Notes: generated by a model from the letters alone, not told the origin. A stretch of 52,782 bases of DNA, filler included, from Catajapyx aquilonaris (GCA_000934665.2; 3 parts of 3 records of this genome joined end to end with filler, not necessarily neighbours in it); one strand, 5' to 3'. Positions 1 to 13,263 are shown, counted from the whole stretch's first letter. Program-made: numbers and translations.

Positions 1-149
1 GGGGGGGGTACAAATAACCCGGGCGATTTGTACCGGGGTGGGTACATTTCGCCCGGGGTACGTTTCGCCCGTTACACCGACGTACACCGGGAGGAGTATC
101 GCTTAGCTCGTGCTACTGGGAGTTTCGTTCCCATTCTGGCCAAATATTT

Positions 150-270
150 TCCCTGCCCACGCTTTTTTTTGCCCATGCTTTTTTTTGCCCACGCTTTTTT
201 CTGCCCGTGCTTTTTTTTTGCCCACATATTTCTTTGCCCACGCTTTTTTTTGGCCACAAACTTTTTTTCC
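150..270. repeat. Tandem repeat, ~7 copies of a 17-19 bp unit (TTTTTTTTGCCCACGC-like), probably internal to a TE
   Basis: Repeated tttttttgcccaygc units; these generate the spurious K-rich and F-rich ORFs at 28-479. Confidence 0.75.
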
Positions 271-714
271 ACACTTGTTTCTGTTTGACCATGCTTAAAT
301 TTTCCTTGGTAATATTTTCCCTTTTCCCTCCCCATATCATAACCTCTAGTTTTACTGTCATGCAACAATCTGTGGGGTGATATGGTATACATGCTACTAA
401 TGAGCAGGACATGATCAGGTGTAATAGAGTTAACTGCAGGCAAATAGTTAGTAAATATAGTTTTAGGCCTATGTGCCAAGTGCTATGTTTACTTCCATGT
501 GTAACTATTCTCTGCAGTCAAACCCCTATTTCTTTGTTTATGCTATCATTTTTTAGTGCTTGAATTTTAAATTAATGTAAATTTACCTGCTTCAGCATTA
601 AGGACCTCACATACAGCCATACAGGGTTATTTATTGTGTTGGGCAGTGTCAAGCTGAGATTTTATTGAAAAAAAAAATACAATTTAAAAATATTTCCAAG
701 TTACAAGTATCATA

Positions 715-1276
715 CAGGGTGTTTATTGTAACACTGCAGAGACTTTCAGGGGTAATAGAGGGGACCAAGACAAGTATTTTTGACATAGGAACCCGTGTCC
801 GGAAACGCCATCTAGAGGGGGTTCATAGACAAGGAACGGGTGCGCTCAGGCGCGTCACGCGAGAGGCGCTAGTCGAGCGGACTGTTTTGTTTATAGATGG
901 CGCGCATTTGTTGCCAGGTTATGGCGTATCACGTCGTTGTAAGTAAACAACAACGCGATACGCCATAACCTGGCAACAACAGAACCGCTGTTGACTATCC
1001 GCGCATCTCCTAGGAGGCGTACTTTAGTTGCGAGATGGCTCTGCTGTTGCCAGGTTATGGCACATCGCATCGTTGGTTACTATCCGAGCGCCATCTATCA
1101 ACAAAACAATCCGCTCACCTAGCGCCTCTCGCGTGACGCGCCTGAGCGCACTCGTTCCTTGTCTATGAACCCCCTCTAGATGGCGTTTCCAGACACAGGT
1201 TCCTATGTCAAAAATACTTGTCTTGGTCCCCTCTATTACCCCTGAAAGTCTTTGCAGAGTTACAATAAACACCCTG
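715..1276. mobile_element. Tc1/mariner-type MITE, family A copy 1
   Basis: TA|CAGGGTGTTTATTGTAAC...GTTACAATAAACACCCTG|TA; inverted arms of ~190 bp; TA target duplication. Confidence 0.9.
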
Positions 1277-1922
1277 TATAACATACACAGCTGATAATAT
1301 TATTATTAACTGCAATTCTTCAGTGACTATTCATCAAATAACTTACATTGTAGCAGACTGCCGGTATAAAGGTTATACCCAGAGGACTGTCTTGCCATAT
1401 CTGGCCCAGTCTGGCTAGCATAAAGTGGAGCAATTTTCCTGATTCCTTCTGCCCATCTAAATCATTACCAGTACCGTAACATAACTTTAATTGTTAATGA
1501 ATAAATGGCAACACATTTTTATAATGAGAAGGATGCTTGCCATGCACTGGCAATTAACCACACGATGCACAACTAATCAAACAAAAGCATTAGTGTAGTG
1601 GGGAATTCCCTTACACATGCAGGAGTCAAAAAGAAGATCCACTCTTAGTGGGTACGTTTTATCCATTGGCAAAGGTATGTGCTTTGCATGATCCAGTGAT
1701 TTTTATAAATCTGCACTTGTAAGTCATTTTAAGTGACAGTTTGAACTGCAGTGGTTAAGTGGAGTCTGTATAATAAAATGCAAAAGGAGTTGAGTACTTT
1801 GAATACAGGCCCAAGCAGGAAAGGTTAATTCCTGTCACATTTCTGGTCCACTTTTCTGCACTGGGCATTGTTGCCAGTACATTTCTGAACAATTGCTTAT
1901 GCTTAATTTTTACATCTCAATA

Positions 1923-2449
1923 CAGGGTGTAAATGAATTCGGGGGACAAACTTGTGGGGGTAATAGAGGGGACCAAGACAAACATATTTGACCTAGGAAC
2001 CCGGTCCGGAAACGCCATCTGGAGGGGGTTCATAGACAAGAAATGGGTGCGCTCAAACGCGTCAGGTGGGCGGCGTTAGCGAGCGGACAGTTTTGTTGCT
2101 AGGTGGCGCGCGGATTGTACACAACTTCGCAATTTGCCATAACCTGGCAACAACAGAGCCACCTAACAACTAAAGTCAGCATGCTAGGTAGCGCACAGAA
2201 AATAAACAACAACTCTGTTGTTGCCAAGTTATGGCGAATTGCAAAGTTGTGTAGAATTCGCGCGCCACCTAGCAACTAAACGGTCCACTCGTTACCGCCT
2301 CCCGCGTGACGCGTCTGAGTGCACCCGTTCCTTGTCTATGAACCCCCTCTAGATGGCGTTTCCGGACACGGGTTCCTAGGTCAAATATGTTTGTCTTGGT
2401 CCCCTCTATTACCCCTACAAGTTTGTCCCCCGAATTCATTTACACCCTA
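1923..2449. mobile_element. Tc1/mariner-type MITE, family A variant with different outer TIR
   Basis: TA|CAGGGTGTAAATGAATTCGGGGGACAAAC...GAATTCATTTACACCCTA|TA; internal arms match copy 1 (GGTAATAGAGGGGACCAAGACA, GGAAACGCCATCT). Confidence 0.9.
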
Positions 2450-3102
2450 TATGTGGTACTTTCTAATTTAATTCAATTTGAAGAAATAACAACTAGTAAT
2501 ATGGGTATCAAATTAATTGTTGAATATTTTGCCCTCATATGACAATATTTCTGTATGAAATGTTAATTAAATTGCTTTGTGGTTCCAGCCTTTATTGCAT
2601 AGTGCACATTCTTCGTCAACACACTCTTGTTATTTGGAAAAGATTTTCCTTTTGAAAGTGTCATGTAAAACTGTACTGACAAGCATAGATACGTATACAA
2701 TGATAGTTATGAGAAGAAGTAGTATCCAGAAGTGTTGTACTGTACTATAAAATTTATTTTGAATAAACTGAAGTGTCATATTTCTGATGAGTACTGTCAA
2801 CTAATATTACTTAGTGCAAAGTGGCAGTTTTGTTACATTTTAACATAATGCACAAGTTGACAGTTGACTGCCATTGCATGCACCTTATACAAGTGAAATA
2901 TACAGTCTCACCTTGGGTTTAGCTGATAGGAGAAGCTATCCATATCATTCTGTGCCAGATAAGCAATATATCAGGAGTTAGGCAGTACAGAGGAAATATT
3001 GAAAATATTTGTTTTGTGGGAGCAGCTCACATCACAAGTGTGAACAGAACCATTTCCTGAAAATTCTGTTATCAACAGGAATAGTAAGTACAGCAAGTTA
3101 GT

Positions 3103-6100
3103 ATGGCACAAGCTCCTCCATATGGTGCTGGTCAGCCAGGGTACCCACCAATTCAGCCAGGATATCCTCCAGGTCAGCCAGGATATCCTGCAGGTCAGCC
3201 AGGATATGGACAGCCTGGTAAGAAAAGGAAATTAGTGTGAATGTCTTCCATGTGACTAATATAAATTTTTTCATAGGTTACCCACAGCCAGGTTACCCAC
3301 AGCCACCCCCTGGACAACCAATAGGGATGCAGCCCATGTCAATGGGCCAACCAGGTGAAGTATATTTTGTTAATCCCACGATTTACTTTACCAATAACAT
3401 TGCCTGGAATGGTCATGTGAAGATAGCCTGTGATGATATGTCCTGTGTTTATACAGGGTGTTTATTGTAACTCTGCAAAGACGTTCAGGGGTAATAGAGG
3501 GGACCAAAACAAGTATTTTTGACATAGGAACCCGTGTCCGGAAACGCCATCTAGAGGGGGTTCATAGACAAGGAACGGGTGCGCTCACACACGTCACGCG
3601 AGAGGCGCTAGGCGAGCGGACTGTTTTGTTCATAGATGGCACGCAGTTGTTGCCAGGTTATGGCGTATCGCGTCGTTGTAAGTAAACAACAACGCAATAC
3701 GCCATAACCTGGCAACAACAGAACCGCTGTTAACTATCCGCGAGTCTCCTAGGAGGCGGACTTTAGTTGCTAGATGACTCTGTTGTTGCCACATTATGGC
3801 ACATCGCATCGTTGGTTACTATCCGACATCCATCTATCAACAAAACAGTCTGCTCGCCAGCGCCTCTTTTGTGATGCGTCTATTACCCCTGAAAGTATTT
3901 GCAGAGTTACAATAAACACCTTGTATAAATTGATAAATGTTAATGCTTTGCAATCACAATTTATGAACTGCAGGCATGTCATACAAGATAACCCTTTTTT
4001 TTGCCATGACATTGAGAGGTCCACATTTTTTATAATTTAAAATTCCTGCAAGAAGTAAGAGTTGGACAGAAAGCTTAAGCAAGGTGAAATCTGTGATGCT
4101 TTTAAAATTTTTGGCATTATCAATGAGTTTTGCCCAGTTAAGCAGAGAAATAGCTGACTTTATTTTTTCATAATCAAGAATATCAATAATAATTGACATT
4201 GCTGGCAACACAGCACACTAAGATCCATATTTCCAACCTCATGAGTGGTGTGGTTAAAGAATAATAGAAAGGCAAAAACATTTTATGCCAGCATGTACAC
4301 CTCTGTTCATTGTATTGTTGGTATTTGTGAATACATCTAATCCTTTACTGTTCATCAATCCCCCCTCTTTGATAAACACTGCAAATGTTGTAAGTGTCAG
4401 ATAGTATAGGACATATCTGATTATATGCCGTCATCAGTGATAGTTCTGCTTCCTCCCTTGTTTACTGCTCCTGTCATTCTCATTTGTTGAGATGCTAGAA
4501 ATATATGTACTGTTATGTTGAGGTCACATTGCTAATATACGTACTCACACAATAATTGTTGGCCTTAGACTGAAACCTTGATAGTAAATTGTTTACTGGT
4601 CAAGTGAAAAGTTCAGGAATAGCTGTATGATGTATGTAATTGGATCTAAAGCTTATGTCCTGTTTCATTTCATATGTGTGAAATCAGCATTTTGTTAGAT
4701 CCAAGTGCACACGCCAAACGCAGCATCTTTTAGCAGTGTGAATCCACTGCCAGTAATATGTGGTAATATTCAAGTTTTGTGAACAGCTGCACTGGCACTT
4801 GTGTACAATGTGAAACGTAACAGATCTATTAGAATGAGATACAGTTGTTATAATTATTAGGTCTATGCAAAAGTTTGTGCGGTTTTTTGGGAAAATCACA
4901 AATCTGTAAAACCTGTTTCTATGATATTCATTTATTTATTTTATTAATTTTTACTCCATGATAGGGCGGACCCCTTTTAGGCGGGTGGCATACCACCATC
5001 AGTTTTTTTCCCGATTTTTCTGACTCTTACTTCACACATGGGTGGGGCCAAGGATAGGGAGGGAAGGAAGTGGCTGTGGCCTATTTTTACGGAAACGACC
5101 CCTAAAATATCCTGGGGGGATCGTGGGAAACCACAGAAAACCCCAGTCAGGGTCACCAGCCCGGGATTAGAACCCAGGACCTCCCTATTAGCAGGCGGAC
5201 TCCATATCCACTACACCAACCTGCTTCAGTCTGTTTCTATGATATTCATTAATAAAAATATTGACCATCACTGTCAAGAACTCCTTGCCAATGTTGGGGC
5301 AGCAGATGAATGCCCTGGTGGTAAAATCTTCTGGTCTTTTACTCAAAGAAGTTAATCACCCATTCCTTGACATCAGCGAGATTGGCGAAGTGCTTGCCAG
5401 ACAAGCAATGTTGCATGGAACGAAACAAGTGGTAATCTGAAGGGGCAATGTCTGGCGAATACGCACGTGTGTCGTAGCACGTTCCATCTGAGTTCCAGCA
5501 ATGTCTTTTTCATCGCTTTTGCTACATGAAGCCTTACATTGTCATGGTGGAGAATGACTTCCCATCAGTTTAAGCCAAATTTTTTGCGCCTCTGCTGCAG
5601 AACCTGGGGTTTGATCAACTTAATATTTGGGGCGCCTGGACCTTTTCCGATAGGTGACATCAAACTCACAGTGGTGAAAGCCTTCAAATAACTTTTGACA
5701 AATGCGTTCTGACACTATGTCCTCACTGTATGTCTCATACAAAAGCCATTTGGCTTCTGACGCAGTTTTTCACTGATTAAAAAACAAGAGAAAATAGTGG
5801 CGAAGATGGGTCATGTCGGGGTTCATCTCGAAATGAGGTCAATAGCAACTGATAGAGCTAAATTAAATAAATAACCCTCGCTTAATGCCTTACACGTGTT
5901 GGTTTAGTCACCTCACCACCACAAAACAAATTGGGGTGTCAAAATACTAAATTTATTGACCACGCAAAGTCAACCACATGAACTTTTGCATAGACCTAAT
6001 AAAAGAATCTCATTCTAGTAGGTAAGACATGTGGTTCATTTGTGTCAAGTTACATTATCATCTCAAGTGCAGGAAGGGTGGAATTTTCGTCCCACTGCTA

Positions 6101-9100
6101 GTTACTGCTAACTTAGCAGTAACTGTAGCAGTGGGATGAAAATTTCACCCACAGTTTACTATGTGTGAGTTTGCTGCTGGAGTTTGGGAAATTGTTCATA
6201 GCTTGCCGTGAAGCGTGTGGTTTTTGCTTTTCTTACTCAAAAGTTCTTTGCTTTGTGATGCATGTAGGAGTTGGGTTCCAACCTGGATATCAGCCTGGAT
6301 ATCAGCCTGGATACCAGCCTGGATACCCACCACCTCAGAGCATGCCAGGACAAGCCCAGCCTGGTGCAGGTAGTACTGCTTATGTCTTGTCAGTTGCCAA
6401 GCAAATACTGCATGCTTCCTCCCTTCCCCCAGTCCATGTTCCGTAGCAGGTTGTGTGAGAGGTCTTAAACTATTCGCATTCCGTAGGTGGTGATTGGATG
6501 CCTGTACCACAGGGCATACCAAATTGTCCCCGAGGTTTGGAATACCTGACTTCTATTGACCAGCTCTTGGTGAAGCAGAAAGTGGAGCTGCTTGAAGGTA
6601 GTATTTTAAATGTCACAAGATGTCCTTGAGCAATGCTTCATAATATATATATTGCAATTATTTTACAGCTTTCACTGGGTTTGAAACTGCCAACAAGTAT
6701 TCTGTGAAGAACACATTGGGACAGAAGATGTACCATGCCAAAGAAGTCTCTGATTGCTGCACCCGAAACTGTTGTGGACCACTCCGACCATTTGACATGA
6801 AGATTTTGGATAACTATGAAAATGAAGTGATCCACCTGAATCGGCCACTGGCCTGTCAGTCATGTTGCTTCCCTTGCTGCTTGCAGGCAAGTAGAGAAAT
6901 TTTTCTCTGCACACAAATAACACTGAAGTGTTAATTATCTCTTAGAGTATGGAAGTATCCTCACCTCCTGGGACTGTTATTGGAACTGTTGAGCAGGAGT
7001 GGTCCATTTGCATCCCTAAATTTGTAATTAAGAATGCTGCTGGTGATGCAGTTCTCCGCATAGAAGGGCCATTTTGTACGTGGAGCATCTGTGGAGATGT
7101 TGAATTTCAGGTAGAATTATTTTACTCATCCAAGCTGAGATTTGTCGTGTTTTCAAGCAACTTACAGAATTTTTTGAAATGCTTTTTTGCAGGTCATGTC
7201 AAAGGATGGCAGTACACAAGTGGGGAAAATATCCAAGCAGTGGTCTGGACTGGCCAGGGAAGCTTTCACAGATGCTGACAACTTTGGCATAACCTTCCCA
7301 ATGGATTTGGATGTTCGCATGAAGGCAGTCATGCTGGGAGCTTGCTTCCTTATTGTGAGTAGATGTGTTGCTGTAATCATGTGTTTCTTGCATTTTCACA
7401 CAGAAAAATATATCAGACTTTCAAGGAATTATACATTGTATATGTCTAATTGTGGCATAGTGACATGTGCAGCATGTTCAAATTGAAAGGATTGTATCAT
7501 CAGTCCAAAAAGAATTGTCCCAGTCATCCTGATGTGTGTGCTGCCCGCTCGACACACACCATGTAACTTACATGGTGTGTGTCGAGCGGCCAGCCCACAC
7601 GTCAGGATGACTGGGACAGTTCTTTTTGGACTGTTGATACAAGTATCTCATGTTTGTACATTACATTGATTTTATTAGTTAGTTACTTCTAGTTAGTTAC
7701 TTCTAGTGCTTATAAGTACAAAAAAAAGTGTAATTATTATCACCTCATAATTGATTCGTACTGAATGCTACTAGAAGTAATTCCAAGAATAACTGCTTAA
7801 TAAAACTAGTTTAGGAAACAAAAGTGAATAACTAATATGTACATTCGTTCAACTGGGACATGTTGCATATATTTGATAAGTGGCTTTTGTGCCAGTATTA
7901 GCAAGCTCTTGGTATTAGCTTTAACAAAAACAATGAGGCAAACTCTCAAGTGCTACATATGCTCTTCCTTCACAAGGATCGTCTTACATTGGCCTTTGCT
8001 CTAACAAATGCACTCTAAGGACAAAAAATTGTTCAATTATGCCAGTGAATTAATATGAATGTGATATGCATTCATGCTTAGGTGTGATAGGAAGTTAGAA
8101 AAGGAACAGCATCAGCAGGTATAATCTGTATTTTGTTTAAAGGCATATCCCACTCGTCACCTTATCTGAATCCCACCCCACTCCATAGTGTCCACCCTGA
8201 TTACTGAGGCTTAGAAAGATGTGGTTTTGTCATATGCCATACATTTGACAGTGGGTACCTCAGCAATATACTGTATTATTACATGCCTTTAAACAGAAAA
8301 CAGACTATAGTCCACTCAAAGTATTAGATGTGAATTCATTAGTGAGATGACGTAATTCCAATTTCCCAACCCAGAGGGTAGGGATTTCAATACTGCATAC
8401 CGTGGATAGCGTGAAGTTAAGAGATTACAAAGTACATGAAGTCCAGGTTTAACCTTTTAAGATTTATCTAGGTCAAAGGGAAGGTAAAATCTGGACTACT
8501 GTGCATTGTTACTGAACTTTACACAAGATGTGTCCATTGGTAGCAAAGAAAGTGATATACACAAAGGTCTCTTTATGTATTTTCATAAAGCTCTTATTCT
8601 GTGAACACATCACATGTCTGATACATTGTAGATGTGGGAAAATGAAGATAATTATATGACCTCTTCACTTTTGCTGGTGAAAATGGTGGGACAAAGTGTC
8701 AGATACAGTGAAACCTGTGTATTACGGAATCACATGGAACCCTAAATTTTTTCCGTAATGGGTAGGCTTTTGCTAAATTCAGATGAAGGACGTTGCTATT
8801 TTTTTGCTGGTGAGAAAGAGAGGAAAATGGGGAGAGCAAAAATAAGCACCTGACCTTCAATATGGTGCAAAATCAGTCCACCACACACACTTTTTTCCAC
8901 GAAAAAAGTGCCTGTTGCAGAAACTTTCCAGCCACCCATTTGAAACGCTAAGTTTTGCTATACCAAGTTTTTGGGCTATTAATTTTGCCTACTCGATCAG
9001 ACCATCTGCCTGGACATGAGCAATATGTTGAGCCTTTGTCAACTCCTTCATCTTCCTCAACATTTTAAAACTGGACTGAACAGTGAACTTGAAGGCAGGG

Positions 9101-11442
9101 CACCTACAGATCGTGGGTCATGAACCTCTTGCCGCCCCCCCCCCCNNNNNNNNNNNNNNNNNNNNNNNNNNNNNNNNNNNNNNNNNNNNNNNNNNNNNNN
9201 NNNNNNNNNNNGGCTTGTTCAGGAAATTCTTAGAGGATCTTTGGGATATATCCATGCCAGAATGAATCAGTCACATTAAATCAGGTCAACAACACTGAAT
9301 ATTTGGTTACTTCTATTCAAGCTGGATTGCTATTGATTTCAAGTTGTAGCACACGGTACCAATGCCTTGATCGTTCATTTTGCTATGGCAATCTATAAGG
9401 TAACATAAATGAATATTAGTCTACATCACGGTCTTAGAATATACAGGTCTGTTCACGCCCCATCTTATCGCATTCAGGGGCTGACGGAGTGGTAGTGCAT
9501 TGGATGGCAGTGACAGCACTGCTCAGGGGTCAAGTGCTTGTCGTGATCCTAGTGGGGCCCCTCTGCACTTAGTAGAAGAGAAGCTATGAGAGGAGCCCCA
9601 CTAGGATTGCAATGAGCTCTTGAACCCTGAGCAGCGCTGTCACTGCCACCCAACACACTACCACCCCTTCAGCCCCTGAACGCGACAAGCGGGGGAGTAA
9701 CCAGATCTGTATATTATAAGACAGTGGTCTACATCATGGCATCAGAACGCCTCTGAATTGAATAGGATCATTAGCATATAAAAGTGAACCAAATTCAGCA
9801 GACTCACTCTGGCATGGGATCATTCCATTTGGCCTTGCAAATAAAATGGGTCTGTGCATACAAGTTAATTTTAGAGGTGCCAGGCAAACAGTGTGGTAAA
9901 ACATTCAGTCTGTAAGTTTTGAGGCTATTCTTGTGACATATGGTGTAACTAATGTAAAGCAATAATTCTTTGCAAGAATACCAGCCTGTTGATAGATTTG
10001 AGCAAGACAAAGGAATGCAACGTCATAATGCTCTTGCTAACACCATTTCAGAGTTGACCATTTGTTTTATTGAATTTACACACATTTAATAGAGATTGTT
10101 TATCCATTTTCATAATTTGTGATATCTACAGGATGTCATGTATTTTGAAAAAACCCAGCAGGCTGGTTAACGTGTTCTCAGATCATTTTGGAAATCAGGT
10201 GAGGTGATGCAAAGTGAAAGTATTTGCACTTACATAATTTCTTGCACTAATAGAGGCAAATGGAAACCTGTTGCATACTAGTCAGAAATAACTGCTGGTG
10301 ATGGATGTTACTAACTACTGAACATTTATGACTATGCCTGCAATGAACCAGTGATATTGCCTGGCATTTATTCTTTGTACAAAATGAAGTACACAGTCAC
10401 TTATGGCCTCTTAACCTGCTTAACTGGATTCTACCTGATAAAGTTATACTGAAATGTTATCGCATGAAGAAAGTAAATGCACATTTATAATGCCTACAGG
10501 AATTCATGTTCTTTGAAAAAGAACAAGGAAAAGAAAATGACTCTCCAGGCATGTTTTGAATTGATGCTCATCAGGTAAGGTGCTTAAATGCAGGATTATC
10601 ATGAATTGTTCACATTAGCACCTATAGCTTGCCTGAGATATTTAATTTGACTGAGATTGAAATGTGACTGGAAAAGAAGTGTACCTTTATGTGCATTGCA
10701 CAATCATCAGTCCAGCTATTATTTGCCACACAGACAACTGGCTTCATTAGTTTTGCACTGTACCATAGTGATTGAAGGTTGAAATAGAGTAGTTCCGAGC
10801 ACATTGTGCATGAAAATTAACCTTTTCATTTTCAGTTTATTACAGGTACTGTTTTTATATTAGAAGTTGCTGTGCCTTTTTTTTTGCCCCAAGTTTTTTC
10901 CTATAGTGCTTTCAAAATAACTTTACAATGGAGGAATTTTGCATGATCTATCACATTTGTAAACTTGTGATTTCATAGTGAAGGAATAATCAGCTGAAGA
11001 AATATTTTTTTGCAATTTTCCTAATAATTATTTTGGGTAGCCGTTGCTGTTTAAATTTGCACTTTCACCATGACAGGATGAAAATGTTGGTAGTGTTAAC
11101 AGTGTAGTGTAAAGGCCCCACATCTATTGCTTCTAAAATGTCACTACAAGTACCCTTTAGAAGGGATATGGTTACTATTATTGATTGCATTGATAAACTG
11201 TCAGCATTAGCACTGTTAGTATATTAGATCAGATATCACCATTCCTCTCCACAGTACATTATCAACAATCCCAAGTTTATTCTTTACCTTTCCATTCATT
11301 TGTACAATTTTTATTTTGTCTGAAAATGCTTGTACTTTGAAATACTATAAAAGCATGATTATAACTATCGATTTCATTTCAGGACTTCATGTTCTTTGAA
11401 AAGAGTGGGAACAAAGAAACCGATGGACCTGGAATGTGGTAA
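3103..11442 (+). CDS. PLSCR: Phospholipid scramblase (PLSCR family), ~336 aa with the distal terminal exon
   Basis: Exons 3103-3217, 3277-3354, 6268-6369, 6487-6597, 6669-6886 (GC donor), 6946-7110, 7193-7354, 11383-11442 join in phase. Gives a QPGY-rich N-terminus, [63 protein letters not shown] and LGACFLIDFMFFEK. Confidence 0.95.
3454..3923. mobile_element. Tc1/mariner-type MITE, family A copy 3 with ~90 bp deletion in the right arm
   Basis: TA|CAGGGTGTTTATTGTAAC...AATAAACACCTTG|TA; closely similar to 715-1276. Confidence 0.9.
4857..5999 (-). mobile_element. Internally deleted mariner transposon relic with Hsmar1/cecropia-like TIRs
   Basis: TA|TTAGGTCTATGCAAAAGTT TIRs at both ends. Minus strand gives N-terminus [24 protein letters not shown] (from 5826) and C-terminus [12 protein letters not shown]...[17 protein letters not shown]...[21 protein letters not shown] (ends 5249), with stops and a frameshift. 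Confidence 0.9.
4933..5230 (-). mobile_element. tRNA-derived SINE inserted in the mariner relic
   Basis: 20-bp direct repeat CTGTTTCTATGATATTCATT at 4913-4932 and 5231-5250; minus-strand A-box TGGTGTAGTGG, B-box GGTTCTAATCC and (AAAT)n-like tail. Confidence 0.85.
6076..6150. mobile_element. Short palindromic MITE-like element; second copy at 18389-18467
   Basis: GGGTGGAATTTTCGTCCCAC...GTGGGATGAAAATTTCACCC hairpin. Confidence 0.7.
7492..7642. mobile_element. Palindromic MITE-like element; related ends at 13153-13263
   Basis: Near-perfect 150-bp hairpin, TCAGTCCAAAAAGAATTGTC...GACAGTTCTTTTTGGACTG. Confidence 0.7.
9427..9726. mobile_element. hAT-type foldback MITE with 8-bp TSD
   Basis: GTCTACAT at 9419-9426 and 9727-9734; CACGGTCTTAGAATATACAG...CTGTATATTATAAGACAGTG; palindromic throughout. 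Confidence 0.8.
10132..10170 (+). CDS. PLSCR: Scramblase alternative terminal coding exon A ([12 protein letters not shown])
   Basis: tacag acceptor, phase 0, D-x-M-[YF]-FEK motif; CAG|GTGAGG donor at 10199. Confidence 0.75.
   Translation, partial: DVMYFEKTQQAG
10500..10559 (+). CDS. PLSCR: Scramblase alternative terminal coding exon B ([19 protein letters not shown])
   Basis: tacag acceptor, phase 0, same length as and similar to exon C ([19 protein letters not shown]); CAG|GTAAGG donor at 10575. Confidence 0.85.
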   Translation, partial: EFMFFEKEQGKENDSPGMF

Positions 11443-13012
11443 TGTGTGTGTGTGTGTGTTTTTCATTACATTTGCATGTGTAAAGAGGAGCCAACATTCA
11501 TCCCTCATGAAAAAAATAAAAAGGAAGCAAGTACCCATGTGCATTCAATATTCAGGAATTTATTATACAACATTATTGTATATTTAATATATGTAATGCA
11601 AGCACAGGATACAGTGCAAGTATAGGAAAATGTCCTAAAGTATAGTGAAATAGTAAATACTAGAAAATTTTATCTCAATATACACTAGCATCATTGGTTT
11701 CTGGCATGTTTGGCCAGTTTATTGTCTGTATGCCGTGCCGTAATAACCTCAATGTAAAGTCATCCAAACAGCATGGTACTGATTGAACTGTTAAAGCCGA
11801 ACCCTAGTTGACAAAGTAAGAGGCCTTGTAATTGCTGGATTGAGTATAAAATTTTGACCTGTTAGATTTTAACTGAGAAATGGGATTAGGTACTGTCTGA
11901 CCTGAATCACTAACATGCGGTTACTGTCTGAAATGTTGCAAGACCAATAATTATTGCAAACAAATAGAGCTAATTATACTTCTGATTGGTCTGCTTGGAG
12001 ACTTGGAATATGGATAAATTTTAATTCCTGTTGGATGGGTTGCCTCCCACAGTTGTTATTCTTGACATTACTGATGTTCAATGTATGCTGCTTAGTTCTG
12101 TAGTTATGATACATATTTTTGAAGGCACTGTTATGAGTTAAGAAATGCTGCATAGCTGAGAAAAGTGAAGGATGTCCCACAAAGGTTTCTTATCACACCA
12201 CTAGAATGCTTGAAGGTACATTCTCACAAGTGCCTCCCCCCCTCCAATGACAGGCCGGCTATCATGAAGCTACGAAGGAATTACTGCCATTTGTTTAACT
12301 AACATTTCTCATGATTAAGGTAGACAAACCACATCCCGTTTTGAGATACGTAAAACCTGTTTAACATGCCTAGATCAAAAAATGATGGAGGGATTTTTGT
12401 CCATCACACTTGTGAGAAAGTACTTTTATTACATGTATAGATATTGCAGACATAATTAAAATTATGATTTGCATTCCAGTGCCAAGGAAGAGAGCATTTG
12501 TGGGCGCCTGTAACTATTCTCTAGCAGGGTACATTAAGGTACCATTTGTATTGGGTTCAGAGTTTGCAACATGACATTGTTAACTCCATTTGCAAAAATA
12601 TGAGGTAGGTTCTATACCTGCCTTTCCTGCACTGGTAAATATAAGTTCCATGAACATACAGTTCACCATTTAACATTTATTGTAACAATCATTCACTACA
12701 ACAGTTTTATAATTCATTCAATAGCTTGTGCTAGAAGTGACTACACTTGGATTAAAATCGGTGTAAGGGAACTACTAACCACTTATATGGAACGTCAAAT
12801 GCTAAATTAAGGGTGGGTTTCAGAGTGAAGGGTAGCTTGTTTAGGGGAAATGGGAAATTAAATGTGTCTTGTAGTCGAGTTATGAATGATTATATTTGTC
12901 ATATTGTTGCTGCACTGTGCTTGTCACTGTACTGTAGTGGCCTAATTGAAGGAAGCAATTCATGTGGCAAGGCCCCAACAAGGCTACTGATCTGCTGGTA
13001 AATGCCTTTTAC

Positions 13013-13263
13013 AGGGTGTGGAAAAATTACATACAGAAATTTTGGGGGATGGTAGAGGAGTACTAGGCAATCATTTTATGCTTCACCAATAACACCCATA
13101 CACGAGATGACTGCCAGGAAACACCTCACCATCTTCCAAAATTTTTGTACTATCAGTCCAACAAGAATTGTCGCAGCGGCAGCGCACGAACTACAATCTA
13201 CGAGCACAGGTATACGAGAGACTGTAGTTCGTGCGCTGCCGCTTGCGACAATTCTTGTTGGAC
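13013..13263. mobile_element. TE remnant: TA|CAGGGTG end followed by a ~110-bp hairpin
   Basis: TACAGGGTGTGG at ~13010; GTCCAACAAGAATTGTCGC...GCGACAATTCTTGTTGGAC hairpin at ~13153-13263. Confidence 0.55.

Noticed and set aside
28..479. Lys-rich and Phe-rich ORFs
   Set aside because: They are translations of the T-rich tandem repeat
665..4040. Repeated ORFs [19 protein letters not shown]...
   Set aside because: Incidental frames across MITE arms; no transposase motifs
5150..5230. tRNA gene
   Set aside because: A and B boxes belong to a SINE head with body, tail and TSD
6433..6449. Possible scramblase microexon
   Set aside because: 17 nt would shift the frame and leave a 37-nt intron
8120..8310. 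TTAAAGGCAT...ATGCCTTTAA inverted ends, Kolobok-like
   Set aside because: Short, degenerate and single copy here; superfamily not supportable
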